IMG/VR virus record: IMGVR_UViG_3300032046_000001
Location: 1-64,000 of that record
Length of the DNA stretch: 64,000 nt
Strand: one strand, 5' to 3'
A program made the position numbers and the translations under genes. Below are positions 54,867-64,000 of this stretch, in pieces. The notes beneath the pieces are model-generated. The model was not told where the DNA came from. It worked only from the letters and a program-made list of their open reading frames with translations, and did not search any database. Numbering within the stretch: the stretch's first letter is position 1; each line of letters opens with the position of its first letter.

Positions 54867-55375
54867 AAAATTTCTCCTTATATAATTTATAATATATTTC
54901 TTTTATATTATGTTATAGAATCTAAAATTTTATTCCCAGTGCAAATTAAAATGATAGTGATGATAACAAAATCGTAGATTTTAAAAATATTGTTTTTAAA
55001 AGCTATAAACGATTACATAACTTGTTATGTAAATAGTTATGTTAAGAATCTACGAGATATATATCGAAGAGTAATCCAAGTTGAAGGAAGGTTGAATGAT
55101 CTTGAGCAAAGCGAAAGATCATTCAACTAAAATTATTATTACAGAGGAACGAAGTGACGATTATTAGATTATAAAGTTTTAGATACGAAGAAGCCATTAT
55201 TTTAAAAATTCATAAAATTAATTTTAACTGGGTTTATTTTTTTTATACAACCTAACATAATATTAGATTCTTGTTATTCATGTTTAATTCCTTTATATGT
55301 CAAAAGGGGGATTTCATCCCCCTTTGACGAATCCCCCATTAATTTAAAAATGAGGATCTATTAACAAATATATAA
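54867..55375. other. Divergent intergenic region with several palindromes (candidate origin or divergent promoters)
   Basis: The coding strand switches here; hairpins at 55013-55032, 55091-55127 and 55299-55328. Confidence 0.5.
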
Positions 55376-56929
55376 ATGAAAACGAAAGGATGTAAAATGA
55401 AAATAGAAGAAGAAATTTTTTGGTTTAATCAGAAGTATCTTGTCCATAAAGATAATATATTTAATTCAAATGGAACAATCGATATTTCTACATCATGTAA
55501 TACACAAAACTTTCAGAATTTCTCAAGTCCAACATTTAATATTGCTATATATAATGATAAGTCTCGATATAGTGTAAATCTTCGATATCAGGATGTTGTT
55601 GACTTATTATTATCAATTGAAGAAGTATCTAAAAATATTGATGATATTTATTTGAAAGATCTAAAGGCAGAAATAGTTAAAAACTACAGTACTAAATTTT
55701 TAAAAATATTATTTAAAAAATCTAATCGTAATCAGGAAAAAGGTGTATTAATTAATATTTTAAATACACAAACAGATTTTGGTGTTATTGTACTTTATTA
55801 CAACTTCTTTACTTCAATTGTAGATTTATTAAAATCATTCAAACAAGATTATTTGAGACTATCTCTTGAAATTTCAAATAGAGCTTTAATATCAAATTTA
55901 TTTGAAGAAGTAAAACAGATTAAAAATGGAGTTAGATCATTGCCGTCTTCAATAATTGAACTTAAAAGTTTAAATAACAGTTATATACCAGAATTTAAAA
56001 ATGAAGTTCAAGAAGAATTAGACAAATATATTGAAGAACATTCGAATGATAATGAAGTTCCCTGGTTAGATGAGCAGTTACCAATAATAATTAAAGAAAA
56101 TATTATTCAAAGTATATTAGTTAATGATATATGTCAAAATGATATTTCAAATCTTGAATCACTGATGATGACATTAGTAACAGAACAATATCCTATTGAT
56201 AAAATTAAATTATTATTTTCTCAATATTTTTCGAGCAGTTTTGAGTTACTTCCTGGTATTTCAGAAAAAGATTTGAAGTCGATTCACTATTATTCAAAAT
56301 TAATTTTTATGTCTAATCTTCAAAACTACTCAAAAAACAATCAACCGATTCCGACTAGTGTTCCAATTTTAAAATATAATGCCACCAATTTTAATTTTAG
56401 TAACATTGATCTGGCATATGATCTGCTAACGATAACAATATATATCAGGCTTATGAAAACTAAATTAGAATCTAAAATTCAAGATTCTTCAATTAATAAA
56501 TCATTATTATATCTGATATTAAGAAATTTTACTGATATATTTACTTTCAGCTTTTTAGATACCAAAGAATCTAATATTATAATTAATAGTGTTATTGATC
56601 GATTTAAATATTTTAGTTCTAAAGGTTTCTTTAAAAAATTTGAAGAAATATTAAATCAATACAATCTCCCAAATATTAGTGAAACTGAAATAAGAAATTT
56701 TTTGAAAGATGGAATCATTCGAGTTATTGGTCCAAATAAGACACAATATATTAATGAACTACATACATCGGATTATAATAATAATAAAGTTAAAATTCCG
56801 TATCTAAACGAATTAAGTTTAGAAGAGATAAATAAAATAATCAAAGATGAGATTAATTTCCAACCAGAAGAACCAAGTAAGAAAACTGAAGATGGGAATT
56901 GGGTAAACTCAATATTAGAAGATGAATAA
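55376..56929 (+). CDS. Hypothetical protein (517 aa)
   Basis: Long ORF; the start may be the second Met (MKIEEE). Confidence 0.75.
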   Translation: MKTKGCKMKIEEEIFWFNQKYLVHKDNIFNSNGTIDISTSCNTQNFQNFSSPTFNIAIYNDKSRYSVNLRYQDVVDLLLSIEEVSKNIDDIYLKDLKAEIVKNYSTKFLKILFKKSNRNQEKGVLINILNTQTDFGVIVLYYNFFTSIVDLLKSFKQDYLRLSLEISNRALISNLFEEVKQIKNGVRSLPSSIIELKSLNNSYIPEFKNEVQEELDKYIEEHSNDNEVPWLDEQLPIIIKENIIQSILVNDICQNDISNLESLMMTLVTEQYPIDKIKLLFSQYFSSSFELLPGISEKDLKSIHYYSKLIFMSNLQNYSKNNQPIPTSVPILKYNATNFNFSNIDLAYDLLTITIYIRLMKTKLESKIQDSSINKSLLYLILRNFTDIFTFSFLDTKESNIIINSVIDRFKYFSSKGFFKKFEEILNQYNLPNISETEIRNFLKDGIIRVIGPNKTQYINELHTSDYNNNKVKIPYLNELSLEEINKIIKDEINFQPEEPSKKTEDGNWVNSILEDE

Positions 56930-56943
56930 AGAAAGGAAATAAA

Positions 56944-57528
56944 ATGTCTTTAAATTTAGGGAAAATTTTAAATCGAAATTATGCGATTAGAATTCCATTT
57001 TTAAATGGAAATTATGATATCAATATATTCTTTAATAAAAAATCATCATTCCTATTATTTGATGTAAATCCTGATTTTAGAGATGATATTAATATCAATT
57101 ATGGAGTTAAAATAAATATGTTTAAAAATTTACAATCATCAAAGTTTTGTGAAACTTTTTTGAATCTTCATAATTATCATGGGAAAAAACTAGACATTAT
57201 TAATCAATTTGAATCTGTTAAAGATGAGCATTTAAATGATGTTCATTTTATATTAAACGAATCAATTAATTTATCAAAGTTTGAATTTGATAATAAAACT
57301 TTTTATGATTCATTACAAATATATGGAATGACTCTCACTATTTATAATAGTGAATTTATTTTTATTATTGCTGAAAGACAAAATATTATCCCAAAATTAA
57401 ATAAAAAAGTTGTAAGAACAACGGCTATACAGATCGCAACCAATAATTCAATTAATATTTTAAATGAATTTCACGATGAACTAAAATTACATCATGACAA
57501 TATTTTTGAAATAGATGAGGATATATAA
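56944..57528 (+). CDS. Hypothetical protein
   Basis: SD AAGGA. Confidence 0.65.
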   Translation: MSLNLGKILNRNYAIRIPFLNGNYDINIFFNKKSSFLLFDVNPDFRDDININYGVKINMFKNLQSSKFCETFLNLHNYHGKKLDIINQFESVKDEHLNDVHFILNESINLSKFEFDNKTFYDSLQIYGMTLTIYNSEFIFIIAERQNIIPKLNKKVVRTTAIQIATNNSINILNEFHDELKLHHDNIFEIDEDI

Positions 57529-57531
57529 AAA

Positions 57532-58221
57532 TTGAAAATATTTGAAAATTTAAATTTACAAGATTTGGAAAACGAAATATGGAAAGATATTGTAGATTAT
57601 GATGGTGATTATCAAGTTAGTAACTTTGGAAGAATTAAATCATTAAAATTTAAAAATGAAAAAATATTAAGACAAAATAAAGATAACAAAGAATATTTAT
57701 TTATTAATCTGTGTAAAAATGGAAAATACAAACCTAAGAGAATTCATATTTTAGTTTATGAAACTTTTAATAATTATAAATTAAAAGAAGATGAATGTGT
57801 TCATCACAATAAAGATTGGTGTAAAGAAAATAATAATTTTGATAATTTAATAATGATGTCTAAAAAAGAGCATAATAAATTACACATGAAAGGTAAAAAT
57901 AATCATAATTTTGGAAAACATCATTCAGAAGAATCGAAAAAGAAAATAAGTGAAAAAATTACAATGAGTGAAAGTAGTAAAGGTGAGAATAATCCAAGTC
58001 ATAAATTAAAAGATGGAGAAGTTTGGTTAATCAAAAAAATATTAAATTCTGATTATTATAAATCTGGAAAAATAAGTCAAACTTTTATAGGAAAGATGTT
58101 TGGAGTTAGTTCAATGATTATTTCGTATATAAAGACTGGAAAACTTTGGTCTCACATTAAATATGATGAATTTAAAACTAATTCCCGCTTTGACTTGGAG
58201 CTTGATGACAATGATGAATAA
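57532..58221 (+). CDS. NUMOD4-HNH homing-type endonuclease
   Basis: EIWKDIVDYDGDYQVSNFGRIKS; CVHHNKDWCKENNNFDNL; NHNFGKHHSEESKKKISE; HTH. Confidence 0.88.
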   Translation: MKIFENLNLQDLENEIWKDIVDYDGDYQVSNFGRIKSLKFKNEKILRQNKDNKEYLFINLCKNGKYKPKRIHILVYETFNNYKLKEDECVHHNKDWCKENNNFDNLIMMSKKEHNKLHMKGKNNHNFGKHHSEESKKKISEKITMSESSKGENNPSHKLKDGEVWLIKKILNSDYYKSGKISQTFIGKMFGVSSMIISYIKTGKLWSHIKYDEFKTNSRFDLELDDNDE

Positions 58222-58396
58222 AATTTTAAAAATTATATCATATCTATTAGTACCTTTCGCTTTTTTTGGATCGTTTATATTATTACTTTTTGTGTCAATA
58301 AAAGACACAGAATGGGCAGACGTTGTTTACATGGCTAATGATATTCACAATGATATTCTATCAAAATTAAGGATAAAAAATGGCAGACGTAAATAA
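58211..58396 (+). CDS. Small membrane protein
   Basis: One hydrophobic segment (IISYLLVPFAFFGSFILLLFV); GGAG upstream of MMNKIL. Confidence 0.5.
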   Translation: MMNKILKIISYLLVPFAFFGSFILLLFVSIKDTEWADVVYMANDIHNDILSKLRIKNGRRK

Positions 58397-59606
58397 AATA
58401 ACAACTCGTTACCATTACGAATATATTAATAATATATTCAGTTCTTTTTATAAATCGGTTTTAGATTATTTTGCCACATACTTACAACCTAGATTTGAAT
58501 ATCAAGTTGTTAGTACATACGATAAAGCTGTTGAATATCTTTCAAAAAAAGATCAATATGGCCGAGAAATAGATCAACCTAATCTTCCAGCCTTAATATT
58601 AAATCCGACTGGTGATTTTGGAATATCAGATAATGGTGGTATGCAATTCTGGAGATTTCCAAATTTGGCACCAGCAATGATTAAAAGATTGTTTTATCCC
58701 ATTTATCAGGATAGTAACGTATTAGTCACTGTTGGCTTTAGTCGTATTAAAGGTGAAATGGAAATCATAACTTTAGTAAATAGTATATATGAATATATTG
58801 ATATTAAAATGTTATTTTTACAAATACTTGGTGGATATAATCGACTGATATATCCCCAATGGTTTAGTAGTTATATAATTATACCAGATTCACTTTTAAA
58901 CTATACATACAGAAATGAGTATACTGGTGAACGATATAAATTAGATTGGGAGAGTGCTGGTGCAACAGAAGTTTTAGTTAAGAGCACGAATAAAAATGAA
59001 ATTGTATGTCCTGTTAGTATTAAACCCTGGTTTAAATTAACATCTATGAGTGATGGAAGTACTAAATATGGTGGTACAGATAAGTTAGCTGACTGGAGAC
59101 TTGTTTCTACTATTGAGTATGAAGTAGAAGTTCCTTCATTTATAGTTCTCGAATCTGATTATCTTGCTGAGAATATTAATCTTAATGTCAATTTTGGATC
59201 TATATTTTCATCATATCCTAAGTATCAACCACCGGCTAATAGAGAGTTAACTAGATTTCATTGGGACTTTGGACTTGATGAGACATCCAATAGCACAATA
59301 AATTATGATGATGCTACATCAGAAATAGAATATACAAAACATTTAGTTTTCAACACAAGATACTATCATGTAGTAACAGCAATTGAAGCCGAATCAACAA
59401 CTGATGTTGATATTTCACTTCCAGAAACTATTGATGATCCCGATTATCTTTTGGTAAATTCTAAAAGTGGTCTTTTAACTTATAATGATCACTACTCGAT
59501 TATCGACGACGGAAATATTTTACGAATAAAAGTTGATTATGTCGATTTAACTGAAGGTCAAGTTATTGAACTATATGTTTACAAAGATGAATTTTCTATT
59601 GTTTGA
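58380..59606 (+). CDS. Putative tail/neck structural protein
   Basis: 408-aa ORF, beta-rich; NLPALIL pattern as in tail-completion proteins (unverified). Confidence 0.5.
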   Translation: MADVNKITTRYHYEYINNIFSSFYKSVLDYFATYLQPRFEYQVVSTYDKAVEYLSKKDQYGREIDQPNLPALILNPTGDFGISDNGGMQFWRFPNLAPAMIKRLFYPIYQDSNVLVTVGFSRIKGEMEIITLVNSIYEYIDIKMLFLQILGGYNRLIYPQWFSSYIIIPDSLLNYTYRNEYTGERYKLDWESAGATEVLVKSTNKNEIVCPVSIKPWFKLTSMSDGSTKYGGTDKLADWRLVSTIEYEVEVPSFIVLESDYLAENINLNVNFGSIFSSYPKYQPPANRELTRFHWDFGLDETSNSTINYDDATSEIEYTKHLVFNTRYYHVVTAIEAESTTDVDISLPETIDDPDYLLVNSKSGLLTYNDHYSIIDDGNILRIKVDYVDLTEGQVIELYVYKDEFSIV

Positions 59607-59829
59607 TTTAATTTCATATTTTGGTATCGTTCTTATTTTTATAGCTTATGGTTTAAATAGACTAATAAAATTCAATCCAAAAATTTATAATATATTAAAC
59701 ATGATTGGTGGTATATTGCTAACAATATATTCTATTTATATTGATAATATAGTTTTTACAGTATTAAATATTGTATGGTCAGTTATAGCCATGACTGATT
59801 TATTTTTATATCACAGAAAGGAAATTTAA
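59588..59829 (+). CDS. Small three-helix membrane protein
   Basis: ISYFGIVLIFIAY...YNILNMIGGILL.IYS...F.VLNIVW. Confidence 0.65.
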
Positions 59830-59831
59830 AA

Positions 59832-60386
59832 ATGGAGATTGTATACGAAGATTATCCAAGTAATAATACAATATTTAAAGTTCTCGTCGCTGCTGGTATT
59901 ATAGTCAGAACTAATCATGAATCTGGTGATGAGGAATTACTTTTAATTCAACGTTCACCTGCTGATAAATGGCCACTACTTTGGGAAATTCCCAGAGGTA
60001 AATGTGATCATGTGCAGAAAAATGGTGAGAATGAAAAAATATTACATTGTTTAAAACGTGAAATAAAGGAAGAAGTTGGTTTAGATATAAGAATAATAAA
60101 ATTGATTGATATTTTTGAATATTCGTCAAAAGACAGAAAAAGAAGAGCAATACAATATAATTATTTATGTAGATTAACTAATGAAAGTCAACATATTACA
60201 CTATCAAATGAACATATCAATTATAAATGGGTAAGATCAATGTCAGAAGTACAATTGATGTTGGCAAGTGAACTGGTTAAAGTTATTGCTCAAATATTTA
60301 ATGAAGAAGATAAAATTATCAATTATCCAGAAGAGATACTTCCTATTGAAGAAAAACTTGATAAATATCTTGGTAAATTAAAATGA
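59832..60386 (+). CDS. Nudix hydrolase
   Basis: LLLIQRS...WEIPRG...E....CLKREIKEEVG Nudix box; LSNEH..YKW. Confidence 0.88.
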   Translation: MEIVYEDYPSNNTIFKVLVAAGIIVRTNHESGDEELLLIQRSPADKWPLLWEIPRGKCDHVQKNGENEKILHCLKREIKEEVGLDIRIIKLIDIFEYSSKDRKRRAIQYNYLCRLTNESQHITLSNEHINYKWVRSMSEVQLMLASELVKVIAQIFNEEDKIINYPEEILPIEEKLDKYLGKLK

Positions 60387-60949
60387 AAATATATGAAAAT
60401 TTAGATATTAATGATTTAGACAGAGAAATCTGGAAAACTATAAAAGATTTTCCAGATTATCAAGTTAGTAATTTTGGTAGAGTTAAAAGAAAAATTCATG
60501 ATAAATACAATCGTAAATTAAAAATATTAAAACAATTTAAAAGTAAAGAATATCTACGTGTTAGTTTTTTCAAAAATGGAAAAATAAAACACAAATCAAT
60601 TCATATAATAATATTTGAATCTTTTAATAATTGTAAATTAAAAAATGATGAATGTATTCATCATATTGACAAGAACAGAGAAAATAATTATTATAAAAAT
60701 TTAAAATTAATGAGTAAGAAAAAACACAATAGTCTTCATAAAAAAGAAGAAAATAAAGGAAATTTAAATCCAATGTTTGGCAGTAAAAGACCTGGAGAAA
60801 TATCTGGAAATCATAAATTACTAGAACAAGATGTTTATGACATTCGAAAATCATTAGAATTAAAATTATATACACCAAAACAATTATCTTGGATGTTTGA
60901 TGTTAGTGTAGAAACAATTTCACTAATAAAAAATAAAAAGCGTTGGTAG
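60383..60949 (+). CDS. NUMOD4-HNH homing-type endonuclease
   Basis: EIWKTIKDFPDYQVSNFGRVK; CIHHIDKNRENNYYKNL; HTH. Confidence 0.88.
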   Translation: MKIYENLDINDLDREIWKTIKDFPDYQVSNFGRVKRKIHDKYNRKLKILKQFKSKEYLRVSFFKNGKIKHKSIHIIIFESFNNCKLKNDECIHHIDKNRENNYYKNLKLMSKKKHNSLHKKEENKGNLNPMFGSKRPGEISGNHKLLEQDVYDIRKSLELKLYTPKQLSWMFDVSVETISLIKNKKRW

Positions 60950-60956
60950 TGAAATT

Positions 60957-61532
60957 ATGAAAAAGATTTTTTTAAAAATCAAGAATCCGGGAATAATGTT
61001 TCAACTCGGAAACAAAAAATTTCGATCTCCTGTTGAAATTGATGTAACTCATCTTAAAGTTGATAATATTATTTCTCAAATGAAAACATATGGGATTACC
61101 GATTTTGATATCACAACCAGTGAAGTTTCTATTCCAACAAAAGAAAAACATAAACCAAACGTAATTATTATTGATACGGATAACAAAGAGATCGAAAAAC
61201 TTAATTTAAAAATCGATCAAATGGAGAAGGTTCTAAAAGAACTTTTAAATCAAAATAAACGGGAACAAAATAATGTAGAATCTAAAAAAATTAAAGAAAC
61301 ACAAATAGAGATTAAACCTGAAGTTAAAATTCCAGTAAAACCAAAGACTCAATCACAACCACAATTACAACCAGTACAGGAGATATTAAAAAAAGTTGTA
61401 ATTGAAGAACTCGAAGAATTGGTAGAAGAACCAAAATTTAATTTTATTACTAAAGATTTTAAATTAGGAACAGTTGATCCGTTTATGACTTTACCTAATA
61501 TCGATCAACTTAAAGTACTTAAAAAAAAATAG
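60957..61532 (+). CDS. Hypothetical protein
   Basis: 191-aa ORF with a coiled-coil middle region. Confidence 0.65.
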   Translation: MKKIFLKIKNPGIMFQLGNKKFRSPVEIDVTHLKVDNIISQMKTYGITDFDITTSEVSIPTKEKHKPNVIIIDTDNKEIEKLNLKIDQMEKVLKELLNQNKREQNNVESKKIKETQIEIKPEVKIPVKPKTQSQPQLQPVQEILKKVVIEELEELVEEPKFNFITKDFKLGTVDPFMTLPNIDQLKVLKKK

Positions 61533-61541
61533 GAGCATATA

Positions 61542-61946
61542 ATGGCCAAAAGTTTAGAAAGTATGATTAAAAAAGCACACGCACTCGTTGACCAACTTCT
61601 TGAGAGTGTCAAAAATGAAATTCCAGAAGTACCAGATAATAGTAAAACTGCTGGTGCTAATATTAAGAAAGAATTACTTGGTGATGGAAAACCGTCTGAA
61701 GCATTAGAAGAGCATGAAGACAACTTCATGCCAGAAGTACCAGATGAAAGTAAGACTGCTGGTTCTGATATTAAGAAAGCTATCGCAACCGCTGTCAATC
61801 CAAAAGTTAAACAACCAATTGATATTAAACAACCAAAGATTGATAATGAACTTGAAACTGGTGAAAAACCTGCACCTGTACAGACATCAGCAAAACAAAT
61901 GATAAAAGATATTGTAGAAGGCACTGTTGTAAAAAAAAATCGATAA
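61542..61946 (+). CDS. Hypothetical protein with internal repeat; may extend to 62131 via a -1 shift
   Basis: SD AGGAG; PEVPD.SKTAG..IKK twice (61623-61671, 61731-61779); ends at an A9 run. Confidence 0.7.
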   Translation: MAKSLESMIKKAHALVDQLLESVKNEIPEVPDNSKTAGANIKKELLGDGKPSEALEEHEDNFMPEVPDESKTAGSDIKKAIATAVNPKVKQPIDIKQPKIDNELETGEKPAPVQTSAKQMIKDIVEGTVVKKNR

Positions 61947-62138
61947 CATTAGCTGATATATCTGACTATATTGGTAATATAAAACATGCTGGTTTTAAAG
62001 ATCAAACAAAATTACAAGGAATGTTGAATAGGGCTAAAACTATAGCGGCCAAACAAGGCAAAGAAAATGATTTACCAACAGTAGTTGGGATAATTCAACA
62101 ATTCTTTAAAGAAGAAGAACTGGATTATTAGAATGTTG

Positions 62139-62171
62139 AGGGAACTTGTTAAAACGAGTTCCCTATTTTTT
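62139..62171 (+). terminator. Rho-independent terminator
   Basis: AGGGAACTTGTT-AA-AACGAGTTCCCT followed by ATTTTTT. Confidence 0.7.
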
Positions 62172-62193
62172 ATGAAAAAGAGAAGGATGTATA

Positions 62194-63438
62194 ATGAATA
62201 ATAATGGATTGAATATGACTGGAATACAACCACCAACAAAACTTGAAATGAGCGAATTTGGAATTTCACAAAACAATGTGAGTATTGTTGAGACAGTGGA
62301 AGAAATAAAGAAGAACCCGCCTAATATCGTTGTAGCAGAATGTATGAACGACGTTGCCTTTATTCAAAATCGCTATAAATTACAGAAGATGTATAAAAAA
62401 ATACAATATTGTATGAGTCTTGGTGTATATACTCAATTACGATTTGATACTAAAAGAAATATGAAGATTCTACGACCCGGAAAATATAAATTTAAAAATA
62501 TTTATAAACCATATAATGGACAAAATTTAAATAATAAAAAATTGTTAATTTGGAGGACAGGTGGAATCGGTGATCTTTTATTTATAAATCCAATTATACG
62601 ATATATAAAAGAAATATATCCAACATGTAAGATTTCATTAGCATGTGGACCTCAATATCAACCGATGGTTGAGACATTTGAAGGCATTGATAATTTGTAT
62701 GATTTACCGTTCAACGCCTCAATTCTTTTTGATAATAATTATCATGCCATATTTGAAGGTGTTATTGAACGGACAAAAGAGGCTGAAAAAACCAACGCTT
62801 ATGTTTTATTTGCCAAGTCTCTTGGATTGAATATTCCAGTTGAAAAACTGGTTCCTCATCAGAAACCTAAAGAAGATAAAGTTGAGGAATGTAAGAAGAT
62901 TTTAGACACTTGGAAAATATCAGATAAACCATTTATATTATTACAACCAAGAGCTAGTTCGCCAATCAGAACACCAAGAACTGATTTTTGGAAACAGATA
63001 ATTAATAAATTAATCAGTCTTGATTATAATGTTATTTTGACCGATTCACCACATCAGAAAGAAAAATTAGATAACTTTATAGCAGAACTTGAAAATAAAA
63101 ACAGAGTTTTTAATTTTTGTGGACATTCAAAATCACTTGATTATACAATTGCATTAGCATCACTTGCTAATCTTATAGTAGCGACCGATTCAGCTCTAAT
63201 TCATATTGGAGCTTCATTGGGTAAGAAAGTTTTTGGAGTGTATGGTCCATTTCCTGGTGATATTCGAATGGCAACATATCCTAATTCTCGATGGGTAGAA
63301 CCACACAATTATAAATGCTGTCCTTGTTTTCGCCACGGCCACCTGAGTTGTGAGTACTCACGAAATTCATATCCTACTTGTTATGACCAAATCGACATGA
63401 ATGAGTGTTATGAAAAAATAGAAGAATTGTTAAGTTAA
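62194..63438 (+). CDS. Glycosyltransferase family 9 (ADP-heptose heptosyltransferase-like)
   Basis: RTGGIGDLLF, ATDSALIHIGASLG..VFGVYGP, C.PC...C...C C-terminus. Confidence 0.85.
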   Translation: MNNNGLNMTGIQPPTKLEMSEFGISQNNVSIVETVEEIKKNPPNIVVAECMNDVAFIQNRYKLQKMYKKIQYCMSLGVYTQLRFDTKRNMKILRPGKYKFKNIYKPYNGQNLNNKKLLIWRTGGIGDLLFINPIIRYIKEIYPTCKISLACGPQYQPMVETFEGIDNLYDLPFNASILFDNNYHAIFEGVIERTKEAEKTNAYVLFAKSLGLNIPVEKLVPHQKPKEDKVEECKKILDTWKISDKPFILLQPRASSPIRTPRTDFWKQIINKLISLDYNVILTDSPHQKEKLDNFIAELENKNRVFNFCGHSKSLDYTIALASLANLIVATDSALIHIGASLGKKVFGVYGPFPGDIRMATYPNSRWVEPHNYKCCPCFRHGHLSCEYSRNSYPTCYDQIDMNECYEKIEELLS

Positions 63439-63448
63439 GGAATTATGA

Positions 63449-64000
63449 ATGATTAAAATATTTATTTCAGTTCGTAATCGTTTAGAAATAACAAAAAAAT
63501 GTATAGAAGCTCTTGAACGTCACTCAGTGATACCTCATGATATTTATATTTATGATAATTCTACAAATTATCGTTTACGTGAACATTGGGAGTATTTTTA
63601 TAATTTATACAAGAATGGATTGATTGTTCAGTGTATTTTTAACACAGATATATCGACATTTAATGCTTTTTCAAAAGCTGTTTCTTGTAATCAGTTTGGT
63701 CAAACTCACATGTTAGATCCAAAATGGAATCAGTGTGATTTTCTAACTATACTGGATAATGATATAATCGTTATGCCTGGATGGGATGAAATTATTAAAA
63801 AAACTTGGAAAGAAGTTAGAAATGATAATAATTTAAAAAATAAAATAAAAATTATTGGTCAAAGTCCTGGAGGAATTAAAGGATCTAAATTTGATAAAAA
63901 AATTGCTGGATATGATATTAGAATCGGAAAATATGGAGGTAGTGGATTTTGGACCGTACAATCAGATTTTTTTAAAACAATTGGCTTTCTTGATTTGACT
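63449..64000 (+). CDS. Glycosyltransferase family 2 (partial, runs off the window)
   Basis: Manual translation MIKIFISVRNRLEITKKCIEAL...IYIYDNST...AVSCN...LDNDIIV.PGW (DxD motif). Confidence 0.8.
   Translation, partial: MIKIFISVRNRLEITKKCIEALERHSVIPHDIYIYDNSTNYRLREHWEYFYNLYKNGLIVQCIFNTDISTFNAFSKAVSCNQFGQTHMLDPKWNQCDFLTILDNDIIVMPGWDEIIKKTWKEVRNDNNLKNKIKIIGQSPGGIKGSKFDKKIAGYDIRIGKYGGSGFWTVQSDFFKTIGFLDLT

Noticed and set aside
54867-55375. tRNA genes in the intergenic region
   Set aside because: No cloverleaf with a T-loop GTTCRA and acceptor stem was found by eye; tRNAscan-SE or ARAGORN would confirm.
61521-61532. Second A9 run, at the end of ORF 60957..61532, as a frameshift site
   Set aside because: It is followed directly by TAG and a good SD and ATG for the next gene, so no orphan frame needs explaining.

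Overview
This is a 64-kb, very AT-rich, densely coding segment of a large tailed dsDNA phage (jumbo-phage or myovirus-like). About 55 kb is encoded on the minus strand, and the strand switches in a hairpin-rich intergenic region at 54867-55375. The window encodes a bacterial-type multisubunit RNA polymerase (beta, plus beta' split just after the trigger-loop motif) and T4-like replication and recombination genes (clamp loader, probable clamp, primase, 5'-3' exonuclease, RecA/UvsX, RuvC, Cas4-like nuclease). It also carries NrdD/NrdG, dUTPase, PurC, KhpA, a ferritin-like protein, stand-alone LigD modules, baseplate and neck proteins, an amidase, sugar enzymes (UDP-sugar dehydrogenase, heptose-7-P kinase, GT9, GT2) and nine free-standing homing-type endonuclease genes. 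The most striking unexplained signal is a structured leader element of about 90-100 nt, present four times and always directly 5' of an endonuclease gene or an endonuclease remnant. It forms a three-way junction with covarying stems. One loop is a different self-complementary hexamer in every copy. The other loop has two downstream complementary sites 14-15 nt apart, the second overlapping the Shine-Dalgarno sequence. Also seen: an in-frame UGA splitting a structural gene, an A9 -1 frameshift candidate, Fur-box-like inverted repeats around one gene, and a thrice-repeated intergenic 15-mer. No tRNA, rRNA or CRISPR array was recognised. All functional calls come from motif recognition by eye; no database search was run.
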